This document shows, in pieces, positions 1 to 64,000 of a stretch of DNA of 64,000 bases. Below the pieces are notes generated by a model. The model saw only the letters and a program-made list of their open reading frames with translations. It made no database searches and was not told the DNA's origin. The stretch is taken from NCBI RefSeq assembly GCF_009914755.1, contig NC_060947.1; one strand, written 5' to 3'. A program made the translations under genes and the position numbers. The stretch is from the human T2T-CHM13v2.0 reference genome, Homo sapiens. Positions within the stretch are counted from its first letter, which is position 1; every line of letters starts with the position of its first letter.

Positions 1-2920
1 GTGAAGCCCCAGTGTGTTATGGAAAGAGCACTGGGCTTGGAGTTCAACTATATATGGATTCAAATCTCAACTCTAAGGAACATTGAATTGGTTTCTCATT
101 ACTCTGCAGCTTTAATTTTTTCTCTTGAACATTCTTCTAAAGACTGTATCAAAATGGGCAATATCACTTGCACCATGGGTAAGTACCACTTTCACTTTTA
201 CTGATTATATTCATAACATCTGTTTTGCTTGATTTACTTGCTTCTTCCAATTTTCTTTTGTTGACCCTTTCTTTCTATGCATTTACTAAAAGGACGCTTT
301 ATAACCCAAACAGTGAACCAGATAGCTGCTGCAGGAAATGTTTGAAATGAGGCAGCTCAATTTAGCTGGATTGTTCTGTCAGTGGGTTACAGGAAGAAGT
401 TCGTAAGGTGCCTAATGAGGAAACTAAAAAGTTTTCCAGCTTCTCCTTTGTTGGGTCTTCATCTTATAGTGTCATTATTTTGTTTTAATGAATTCCCAGA
501 ACAATAGGTACACCCATCTGAAACTATGACTACAGGACACATTCCAAAGCCAGAGATAAGTTATTTTTGGACTCCCTGTACCTTTACTTCCCATGATTTG
601 TTTGGCTAATGTAGAGTTGCTGGAACCATGTATTTTAAATCACTTCCTGAGTGAAACATAACCAGCGAGGGGAGAGAGAGGGAAAGGAATTCTGCATTAC
701 TTTGCAAATTTTCTTGCTTTTTCTTTCTGTGCTAGTCACCATATGGGACTCATGGACATTTAATAAATTTACACTAAAAGAAAACTTACTGAATTGTGCT
801 ACTCTCTTAGCCTCAGTTCTTCTCATCAGCTAAAATGGTTCTTGTTTTTAGCTAAGATTTGTAGAAACCTTGAGTGCCTGCTTGCGAGGTTGAGTGCTTT
901 TTGTAGGTTTGTCAAATGTAAATCTCAGAGTGAGACAAACATTAACCATAAATATTGACTCTGATGCTGCCTACATTTATAAAGGAAAGATGATTTGTCT
1001 TGTTTGGATTTTATTATTTGTGTTTAGGTTAATATTATTTTCACTGTTTTTTCCCTTGTCCTGCTATTAAGGTTAAAGTAGCAATAAAAGTGTCTATTGG
1101 AGTTCTTGGTAATTCAGGACTGTAGCTTGAGGGAGAAATGAGAGCTAGAAATAGTAAGTTTCCTTAATAAATCAGGTTAAATCTGGGAAATATCTGTTAT
1201 CTGAGTTACATAGGAGCTAAGATCCAGAGCAAAGTGGAGGGGCTGTTTGTTTTCTTTTTTCTTTGTATTTATTTTGTTTGTTTAAAGAGGACATCTGTGC
1301 ATGTAGGTGGCCTTGCTTAGGGAGTCAGAGCCCAAGTGATATGAGAAGGGCACCCACTCAGGTGGTTGGCTTGAATACTAGAACTTAAACACATTGAAGA
1401 TGACATCTGGACTTCCACATGGATATATGGCTTGCTGTGGGTGTCAGAGGCTGAGCAGGGTAAAGAAGGAATCTACATGGAGTAGTAGTTCAGTTGTGTG
1501 AGTCAACCTGACAGGTATGAGGAGATCATCTGTGCAGAGAAGAGTTGAGGAAAAGATAGGAGACTGGTTATATACAGGAGGATTGTTCAAGAAAGTAAAA
1601 AAATTAAAAGATTTTTCATTGTTAATGAAGGGGAAGGTACATATATAGGAAGAGAAAAGACTAAATTGAGCCTTGTTATGTTGGATTGGAATCAGATATA
1701 AGTGAAAACTTATGTTTTTTACATGTGTAAATATTGATATATGTAAAACATACATGTTGTCAATATATATAGGTGGATGTGAAAATATATGTGAAAGTGT
1801 GTGTGTGTTCCCTACCTATGTCCATTGGGGAGCAGCAACCCGAATAACAATGAGCACCCAGAACATGTCTTTTAAATACCACCCCCAACTAAAAGGACTC
1901 AGAGTTCCTGGAAGAAATGGCTGATATTGGAGATGGAGCATGAAAATACAAGATGAGTCTGGAATGTCTTTTGTGACAGAAATTAAGTTAATTCTCAAAG
2001 CATAATGGGGATATGTCAAAAGAACATAGAAGCCAGCTTGAAAAAGTTCCCACTGGAGAAGTTTGGAAAATTTGAGTATGAAAACAATAGCAATAGATTA
2101 TAACCCATTGAAAAAATTAGGATTTATTTATATATAAATTGAATATAATTTTATTGAATGAAATGAATTCAGTTGATTGAATGAAAATGTTTTTATAAGA
2201 AATGGTTTTTTTACTTAGTGTCAAAGTACCTCATCATAAAATAATCACTGTTACAAAGAGACAAATGATATATTAACAATGTAAAGACCTGGAAGATATC
2301 ACTTTTATCAAGTGATCAAATAAGTATCATCATTAGTGGGGCAAATAAAAAGTATGTGCCCTCTAACAGGATGCAAATAGAAGAACACAATGTCACTTCT
2401 CTGATATTATTGTCAAAGATGTATAACCTGAGTCTATTTGTGAGGAAACATCAAACAAACCAAAATTGAGATATTGTCTACAAAATAATTAGCCTGTAAT
2501 CTTCAAGAGTGTCAAGATCATGAACCTCATAATCCCGGAACAGGATCTGTTCCAAGTAGCAATTACATATGGGTATTCCTTCCAGCACTTTTCAGGAAGT
2601 TTATGTTTTTCCAAATTTTGATTCTCCCCAAAAGTCAGTTGAGAAATTTGGAAAGTGGGAGCAAATTAGCAATCAACATAGAAATGTTACTGGTTTGAAG
2701 GAATCTGCTGATGTTACATTCAAAGCAAGAACAGAAAACTTTGACGCATAGAGTCAAAGGTTGAGGTCAACATTTCCAGGAAGAGGTCCAGGGGCTTATA
2801 AGAGAGAAAGTCATGATTTAATTAGTTAACCTTGATTATAGCTGTTACATGTTGTATGTTTATGTCCATGGTCTTGTCTGCTGCTAACAGTGAGTCATTC
2901 TACCAATGAGATCAATAGTA

Positions 2921-3340
<420 letters not shown>

Positions 3341-3593
3341 TTATATTGGCAGTTTTGTCATGTGATTCTGTGTGGTGTTGTTTAACCTTGCTTAGGAGAT
3401 CCAAATGTTTAAATATTACCCAACAATGTTTCCTGATCTTATACATGTTGTGTGTTGCAATGTTCACTGTAAGGTACAGTTATTTGTAAAGCAGACAAAA
3501 TAGTTTCATCATTAAAAAACAAAATAAACTTCTATGAGCCAGCATGTGCCCGAAAGCTCAAGTAAAGATGCTTTGGATGCACTCTTAATCTGA

Positions 3594-3935
<342 letters not shown>

Positions 3936-5764
3936 TAAAAAGTAAAGGCACTTCTTCCTGAATGACAGGAGGGAAGACAGACAGAGTCAATTTCTCGTCT
4001 GTTGTTGGTAATAGGAAAAACCTGCTAACAATCCTGTATTAGGCCTGGTTCCCTAGAAGCAGAAGCAGAGACAGGATTTTGTGTGAGTCCTTTACTGAGG
4101 GAGTCCTCTCCGGAGAAAGGGATTGAAGAAAGCAGGATAATGAATGGCAGAAAAGTCCAGCAAGGTTGGATTGGTGAGCAGCAAGGGAGCTTGGCTGAGG
4201 CTATAAAACATGGCTTCTTAGTATCCCAGCACCCATTTGATCCACACATCAAGGTTAACTTTTGTAGCTGAGGAAGTTGTTTTATGGTCAATAATTTTGT
4301 ACGTTATTAGTACCTTGGGGTAACTTTGTATCCTTCCCTACCTGACCATATATCATCATGTATGCATGGTAGTGTTCCAGAATAACCTATTATTTAGTTC
4401 ACATTTGCACAGATTTCAAGTTACTTGTGCATGCTAAAGAACATTGAGATTGCATTTCTTTTTAAATTTTATTTTAAATTGACATATAATTGTACATATT
4501 TATGCGGTACAGTGTGATGTTTCAATACATGTATACTTTGTGTAATGATCAAATCAAAGTAATTAGCATATCCATTACCTCAAACATTTATATAGGAAAT
4601 TTCCCTTGGGGTATCTGTTCTCTTAGTTTCAATCATCACCTTGATGTTGTTAACTCCCAAGTCTTTGCCAATCAATCTTCATCTCATCTGGCCTATCCAG
4701 CATCATTTTTGTATCTGGCCCACTATGCCACAATGATTCATGCATAGTAGGTGTTCATAAATGTCACTCACACTTCGGTCAAGCTGGTCTCTTTATCACA
4801 AATGAGGTATTGTGAAATTGAACACATGATTTGGACCTTAACTTTAAAAACAACAACAACAACAACACTAACTGGGCAAGTTAGCCTTTTGCAGCTTTCA
4901 GTTTCCTTATCTACACTAGGAGTGATAATGCCATAGCATAGGAATGTAGGAAAAATTAAAGGAAATAATTCATTTTAAGCACATAGCCCAGTGCCTAGAA
5001 ATTGACATGTACCTGGTAAATGTTGGTTCTTTCTCCTTTTTGCTGAATATTTAAGGCCTGCTTTTTAGGCCTCTTACTTGATTTATCCTATTTGTTTTTT
5101 ACCACATTCATCACTCTTAGTTCTGACAACCTAGGAAAAGAAGTTTCTTTAAAGAGTTGGAAAGTTTAAAACAAATAATATTTGTGTAATTCAGTAGAAC
5201 TTTTCTGGGTATGATTTTTGACTAAGATTTTCTTTAAGAAATAGGGAGGGTGGGCCTACATAAAGTTGGCCATAATGCTTTTAAAAACTAAATAAATCAG
5301 TATACTAATATTTTTTAAGTAAAATTTACAATCTGAAAAATTACACTTGGGATGAAGAACATTTTTCATCTTTAATATTAAATTCTTAAGAACAGCATTG
5401 AATGGCACACTATGTTTCTTTTCCCCATGTCAGTCATCTAGTATTTCTGTGCATATACACTGTATTAAGACGTCTGGGAGAGTCAGAAGAATAAGATAAT
5501 TTTTTTTCCCCATTCTCAAATGGCCAGCACATTTCTCAATACTGATGTCTAGTTTTTATTTCAGTTGATTACTTGTGAACTACTGTTATGTTTGTACACA
5601 TGCCCTCATTTGGTTTTATACTCATTTGAATGGTTCTCAAATATTGCCATCAACTACATGGTAATGCTAGAGGTACATTATATCTAGAGGGTAACTGAAT
5701 ATATTTAGTTTGCATGAATATATTCATGCAAGAGCATGAAAGAAGACATAAGACTAAGTGCCAA

Positions 5765-6190
5765 CCCAAAAGGTGAAGATTACCCAGATGTCCATCAGCT
5801 GATGAATAGATAAACAAAATGTGGTCTATCCATACAGTGAAATAATATTCAGCCATAAAAATTGATGAAGTGCTGATACATGCTGTAACATGGATGGATG
5901 TTGAAAATATTACGCTAAGTGAAAGAAACCAGACACAAAGTGTCACATATTGTGTGATTTCATTTATATGAAATATCCAGAATCAGCAAATCTATAGAGA
6001 CAAAAAGTATAATAGAGGTTACCAGGGCCTGGGGGATGGGGAGTTACTGTTTGTTGGGTACAGAATTTCTGTTTGGGATGATGAAATAGTTCTGGAAATG
6101 GATAGTCGTGATAGTTGCACATAGTAAGTGTACTCAATGCTACTGAATTGTATACTTCAAAATGGTTCAAATGGCAAATGTTACGTGTAA
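5765..6190 (+). mobile_element. Old L1M (L1MB-like) 3' fragment
   Basis: atgtccatcagctgatgaatagataaacaaaatgtgg...gatgatgaaatagttctgg; boundaries approximate. Confidence 0.75.
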
Positions 6191-6214
6191 GGGACTTGAA
6201 GATCATTGTTATAA

Positions 6215-57881
<51,667 letters not shown>

Positions 57882-60800
57882 AATCATAGAGTTCTGGATG
57901 TAAAGCGGGAAGGACATTACAGACCATGGATATGTTGTATTAACTGGGTACCCAAAACACATTTTCCATATTTGGATGGTGAAGTCACATTAGTGTGTTG
58001 TCTCTTTCCTACAAGTTAACCAGTTGCACTACATAATCTCTGGAAATTAATTTTCTCTTTAGGAGAAATTATAGTTAGGCTTCCATGATGTTACATTAGG
58101 AAGATATCATGAAAGAATAAATAAGATTGCTATGGTTTAATTATATTTGCTTTTTAAAAGATTTTTTTAACTTAAAAAGTAGTTAGCCAATATGCAATCA
58201 CTGAAAACTATGCAAGAGAAATTCCAACCGTCCTGACCTATAACCTGTAGGAAACCGACGAAAAAGTCACTCTTTTGGGATCTAACTGTTGTTACTGGAA
58301 GACGAAGTGTAAACTAAGGGGCTTTGCTTTTCAAACCAGAGAAAGGAAAGCCAGAAGGAAAAGAGTAATGGTATTTTCTAGACTGTGAAGATTCAGTTCA
58401 AATGTTATCCTTGTTCCTGTTACAATATTTAGCATTATTAGTTTGTTATGTGTGTATGTTTATGTTAATTTTAATTTCTGATTATAAGACAATGCTGCTT
58501 TGGTTAATCTCTTCTAAATGAATTTAGAGAGATTGACTTTTATAGCTTGCTTGTTGCTGGTACTCTTTTGAAGTGCACAAAGATAAGTTATAGAGCTTTC
58601 TCCTTGTCTGCAAAAACGGTAATTTTCCAGGTGGCATTTGTTAGCTGGTAGACAAGGACTTTGCCGTGAATTTGTTAGTAGCAAGGAATGATTTCTTCCA
58701 GCTTCCTTGAAATGAATAATTAGTAAACTTCTAAGCAAAGTCAATGACTGGGAGTTTCACATGTTTGTGAGGTCCTAACTAATTCTCTTACCCAGATGCC
58801 ACCTCCATGAATGATGGTGCTTTAGGCTTCTGGAATATGTAAAAACAGCAAAGGGAACCAAGTCTAGACTGCATACTGGTAAACCAGGGAAGACTCAGAA
58901 CTGCATATGCATCCTCATGCATTCCTTTGTAAAGACCACCAGTACTAAAATAACTGGACACTCATTGTACCTCCCAGCGATAAGTATGTGTAACAGGCCA
59001 GTGTGTTGTCCCCATGATCATGAATTAGGCTTGGGATGCTTCCAAATATATTCAAGGTGTTGGAACAGGATAGGCAGCTGTGACTCCCTCAAGAGTCCTT
59101 AGAATTCTAAATAAAATGCAGAGCCATCCTAAGACACAGGGGTATGGACAAGGCCTGGTGACACCAAAGGTGCTTGTATCCAATTGAAAAGGTGCCTGTC
59201 TCAATTTCATACCACCTTTATTGCAGTTAAAAAAAAATCACACTCTGGGGACACTTGGTGGAATTACAGAGCCACCATCATCATTCCAACCACTATTTCA
59301 TTTTCTGTAGTTTTACCTGTGTGCAATTACTCCCCCTCCATTCTGTTCCACTTCTTACTCCTTAGTACCAAATCCTCTGTTTGGGATTGAGCGCTGCTCC
59401 TGGTTAATCATTCCTACTACAAAAAAAAATAACTCCCAGGGCTAGTTAAATTGTAAACCAAGGCTCAGCAGTCTCACAACACATGGACCAGAGGTGACAC
59501 ACAGCCATTTCCTTTGCCATGTGGCCCAGTTGCTGCTGCCATGCCTCCATTTCCACACTGGATGCCTACGGCAGTGAGATTTCACTGCCGGGGTAAGAGT
59601 TCAGCCTGGATGATTTTATAGCTCTGTTCCTAGCACTTCTCATCATCCTTCCAGCCCAGAATCAGCGGTCATTCTGCATATTCCCACCAACCCTCTACCC
59701 CCAAACACTTCAGTGTACCTCATTTTAAGAGTTGCTGATCCCTGATTCTAGGACGTTTTTACCCATAGTTCTTGTCTTTCCAAAATCTGAAATTCTTTTT
59801 TTTGCTCAGAACTGGGTAGCCAAGGGTTATTTTATTTTTATCTTTAAAATAATCAAGGCAGTCGCTAGAGTTTCTCCTTGTGAATAGATCACTCTAGCAT
59901 TTTAATGAAAAAGAAAAAAATCTTTCTGGGGTATGTTGTATCATAGTAATGGCTCAGTAACCACATATTTTGTCCTTTCCATGTCACTGATTCCTTCATA
60001 TGAGACTATTTGGCTTGACTACCCTGTATATTGTGTAGAAATCAAAGTTCTTATCTGTACATTTCTGGTCCAATACCTGTCTTATTAGTTGTCCTTCCCC
60101 ACTAAAGTTTGCAAAACAGAAAATGTTACTATTTCTGGTATTTAATGACAATGAAAGGTTTGGTCATATTTCATAGTGCAGTAGCGATAAGGAGGGTGTC
60201 TCAAGTTTGCTTTTGTGTTTCTTCTAGGCTTTGTTCTTGATTTTAGACAGATGAGCCAGTGTTAAGGTGCTACTTCAGAGAATAAATTAGAGAAATCAGA
60301 TAACACTGTGCCAAGGTATACTTTGTAGATGCTAAGCACCGATTGGCCCTCCAGAGAATGACAATATCCCTTTGATACCTCACTCCTGATCAATCTCATT
60401 CATTAACCTCAGCTTCTCAGGAATCCTTGTAGCTTGTATGCTAGAAGTAGCTATGGTATATGGTATCCACTATATGTCCAGTCCTATGGTTTGGCTCAAA
60501 GGTTGGCTAATTGCAGCTAGAGCTCTCAACTGCTAGCTCAGCACCTTGACATTTGAAGTTTCTTGTCTTGAGGAGAAGGAAAATGTTCTTTCTGCCATTG
60601 CCACTTTAACAGTTGGACATGCTTAAGCAACAAATACAGCCAGTATAGGGAGGACTGTCAGTAGCATCAAATGGCCACATACCTCAATGGCAAAAGACTA
60701 GATGGTTTGTGATTTAAAAATTAATGAGTCGAGATGAGACTATTTTGGTATTAAATGAGAAAATTGCCTAACACAAGGGAAGGGTTTACAAAAGAATGCC

Positions 60801-63800
60801 AATTAGTGTTTCAACAGAGTTAGGATTTTCCAAGTAAGAGTAGCTGGTAGCCATCCAGCCATAAAAGGAACGAGAGTCTATAGATTTGTAAAAGTAAAAC
60901 TGCTATATTTTGTATCTTCAAATCTTCAATATAAAGAATTTAAAGAACCTGAAACAGTTAATGCATGATTCGTTATATTGGAGGGAAAAAGCAGGGGACT
61001 GATAATACAAAATAATGGCAACTTTAAAGATCATTTCTACGTGGATGTTTGGTTAGAAACATATTCCAATGCTCTCCTCTTTCTCTGGCCACAGCATCCT
61101 GGCTCAGCCCAGCTGTGGAGTAGAGGTGGTAAGATCCACAGAACAGATATCCTCTGGTAGATAAGCTGACATTGATGATACTTTGAATTTACCAGCTGGT
61201 GAAGCAAACGATTAATTTGTGATTGAACTGAAAAGCAGTTGAATTGTTTTGACACCAGAGGCTGAATCTAAACCCTTTACAGGAAGAGCAGAGCATACTA
61301 TACATTTCTTAGCAGATCTTCAATTCTGTTTGAACATGATGAAGTAACCAGGGTTTAGTGAGATCTAAGGCCGTGAAGTAATTCACAACCAAGATCTTAT
61401 GAACGCATTCAGATGTGAGGGGGGCAAATATGTTTTCAAAAACTTAGTGTGCAATAGAGTCCATTATAGAAATTAACCACTGCTATATGTTTTAAGTAGT
61501 TCAATCACCTGTTGTGGTTCAGTCTTGATTATTGTTTATTTTGTTAGGTGATAAGTAGGAAGATGCACTTGTTATCCCACACTATCTCTTGTTTTGTTTT
61601 GTTTTGTTTTTAAATAATGAACAGTGCAATCTTTGAACTTGAGTTTTTAATAATGATAGCAAAGACAATGGTGAGAACTTGAAACAGCCAGCATATTTTA
61701 TATTGCCAAAGTACTTACTGATGACTGACCACACTGTCTTGTGAGGAACTGGGTCCCCTGCACTGGATCAGAGCCAAATGCAAGCCACCCATCAGTTCAG
61801 AGGAAGCAGGAAAACATCTTTTGGGTGGTGCATAGAACATTGAGCTCTTAAAAACCCGGAGAAAAATTAGGAATTTAGAAAGTAAGTGGGAGGTAGAATA
61901 TTGAGTCCTTTTTTAAAAAAAAGAATTGATGTCTAAATATGTAGTCTGAACTTAAGTGTCCTAAAACCTTGTTTTTTGTTTTTTTGTTTTTTGAGGAGTC
62001 GTCTTGCTCTATCACCAGGTGGGAGTGCAGTGGCACAATCTCGGCTCACTGTAACCTCTGCCTCCTGCCTCCCGGGTCCAAGCAATTCCCCTGCCTCAGT
62101 CTCCCAAGTAGGTGGGACTACAGGCGCACACCACCATGCCCAGCTAACTTTTGTATTTTTAGTAGAGACGGGGTTTCACCATGTTGGCCAGGATGGTCTC
62201 GATCTCTTGACCTCGTGATCCACCCATCTCGGCCTCCCAAAGTGCTGGGATTATAGGTGTGAGCCACCGCACCCAGCCAAACCTTGATTTTTTTAGCCAC
62301 CTCTGGGATTGCCTGGGTTCCCTTTGGAGAAGAAACTAAAAGTTATGGCCATAGAAAAAGCCCTGGTAAGAAAATATTTGAATGGTGTAAGATGGTGGAA
62401 GGAAAGCCATCCCACACCCCTACAACATATGTTCTGGCATTTATAAACTGCTTGATTGTGTGCCTCAAGGGGAGAAAAAGTCAAGCAATGCTTCAAAGGC
62501 CAGGCTTTCTAAGCAAATGAGTGGTTCAAAGCAGTGTTTGGCTCAAGGGCAGTCTGGTTTTATGGATAGGGCCGACCCAAGACATCTGCTCATGAAGAAA
62601 TGTGGCATCTGTTGCCATTTCCTAAACTATAAGGTTTAGATAGATTGTCTTGAATTTTGATAGCAAATTTTTTTAAATTTATATTTCTGCCTCCTCGTAC
62701 ATCCTTATATATGGAAAAAAAAGTAAGAGTTCCTCAGATCAGAGCTCAGTAGCTGTGTCAATTTGAAGTTCAATCAGTGTAGTTGTCCTGGGGTGATCGC
62801 TGACTCTGCTCTGTTTCATATTTCAGTTGCTTGCTCCAAGGAGAGAATTTCTGAGAACAATGGGTGTTAGCAACTTTAAGTTACTCCCCAAACGTTTGCT
62901 GGCCACATTCTCATTTCTAAACATCTGGATCTGGGTAAAGGTTTGAATAGATGTAGGGAACAAAATTGGTTTTTCCATGGTGTAGTCTAATTTTGCCAAA
63001 TCACCCAAGAAAGAAAGTATATGACGTGTGGAGTTTGCATTTCTTGGATGGGACCTATCGGGTCACCCAGCCCAGTCTTACAGTCATAAATTCCTACCTC
63101 TTAGTTCCTGCCAAAGGGCCTTCAGCCTCTGTGTGCACACTTATTGAATGAATGCTTTGCCTAAAGTTTGGCCTTTTGAAGAAAAACAGCATGTGATAAT
63201 ATAAAAATATGAGAGTTTAAAAAAAAAAAAGATCTCTGCCTCTCTTCTCTCTGCCTCGTCCCACCTTGCTGTCTGTCTCATTGTCTTTCTCTCCCCTCAC
63301 CATGCGCTGAATTCAGATTTCTCTTTCTTTTATTATAGGCATGTTGTTTTGAATGTGGACTTTGTGGGAGGGAGAGGATTGTTCTGAGAACAGAAACTGG
63401 AAGATACGTCTGAGTTGATGGGACCAACAGGGCTTTGCTCCTCTGTGAGGGCCAAAGCCATTGATACTTGTCGGGGGTGATGAGGGCTTTAGCATCTCAA
63501 GGCAGACATATGAAGTATTTACTGCTAAACTATATTACTTACTAGTACAAATCTGTTGGAATTCAGGGGCAGTCTAAGATTTGGTGAGTGAAATGCCATC
63601 TGGCAAAATCGAGAAGAGAGTGTGGCCTGAGAGGGGAATGTTCAGCCTCACTGTCACATTAAGGGTACCTCAAAATACATGGTCCTTCCAGTGTGTTCCT
63701 TTTCCTTCCTCCATTTCACTTTGTCCCCTCTTCTTCCTTTCTCTCCCATTTTCCTGGCTTTTTAGCACTCAGCTTTTTTTTATAAGTATGTATTTACTTT

Positions 63801-64000
63801 TTATTATATATTTGGTCCTTTGGGACTTTGTGATGATTAAGAATTTATTCCATTCAGGATTTTAAAATGATGTGTTTAATATTTTGTTCTCTTAAACTCT
63901 TTTGAAGCTATGCTGCTAACCAGGTATAGGCCAGAAAGGAGGTGGCCCAGTCAGTACCTTGCTCACGTCAGCTAAGGGGGACAGTGATGTCATGTGGGTG
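57882..64000 (+). other. CLCN5: CLCN5 long 3'UTR, probably running to or past the window end
   Basis: Repeat-poor AT-rich unique sequence after the stop codon, with AATAAA at 58116, 59110 and 60281. CLCN5 is known to have a multi-kb 3'UTR; the exact end is not determinable here. Confidence 0.7.
61972..62278 (-). mobile_element. Alu (AluS) in the CLCN5 3'UTR region
   Basis: TSD aaaccttg; internal ctgcctc duplication. Confidence 0.93.

Overview
Human (primate) genomic DNA from Xp11.23 covering most of CLCN5, which encodes the endosomal 2Cl-/H+ exchanger ClC-5 (Dent disease 1 gene), on the + strand. All GT-AG junctions were traced by hand. The window holds one long-isoform exon (6240-6386), two alternative first exons (ending 33421 and 35405), the 11 coding exons of the 746-aa isoform (ATG 35587 to TAG 57881, 2241 nt) and the start of a long 3'UTR. 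The ~29-kb intron contains a perfectly homogeneous, doubly palindromic 26-bp minisatellite (79 units + 10 bp, 21296-23359) whose unit matches my recollection of the known DXS255/M27beta VNTR. It also contains a full-length sense L1PA2 (25805-31877) with intact ORF1 and ORF0, ORF2 stopped by one nonsense codon, an 11-bp TSD and a short putative 3' transduction. The rest is Alus, old L1/L2/MIR fragments, DNA-transposon relics and a solo ERV LTR. I see no wholly new gene system. The most interesting less-described signals are (i) sequence evidence that the VNTR arose by fold-back copying of its own flank, (ii) an L1 antisense promoter pointing into that array, (iii) a perfect CLEAR box next to an HNF4-type DR1 at the proximal first exon, and (iv) an inverted L1 3'-end pair bracketing the ATG exon.
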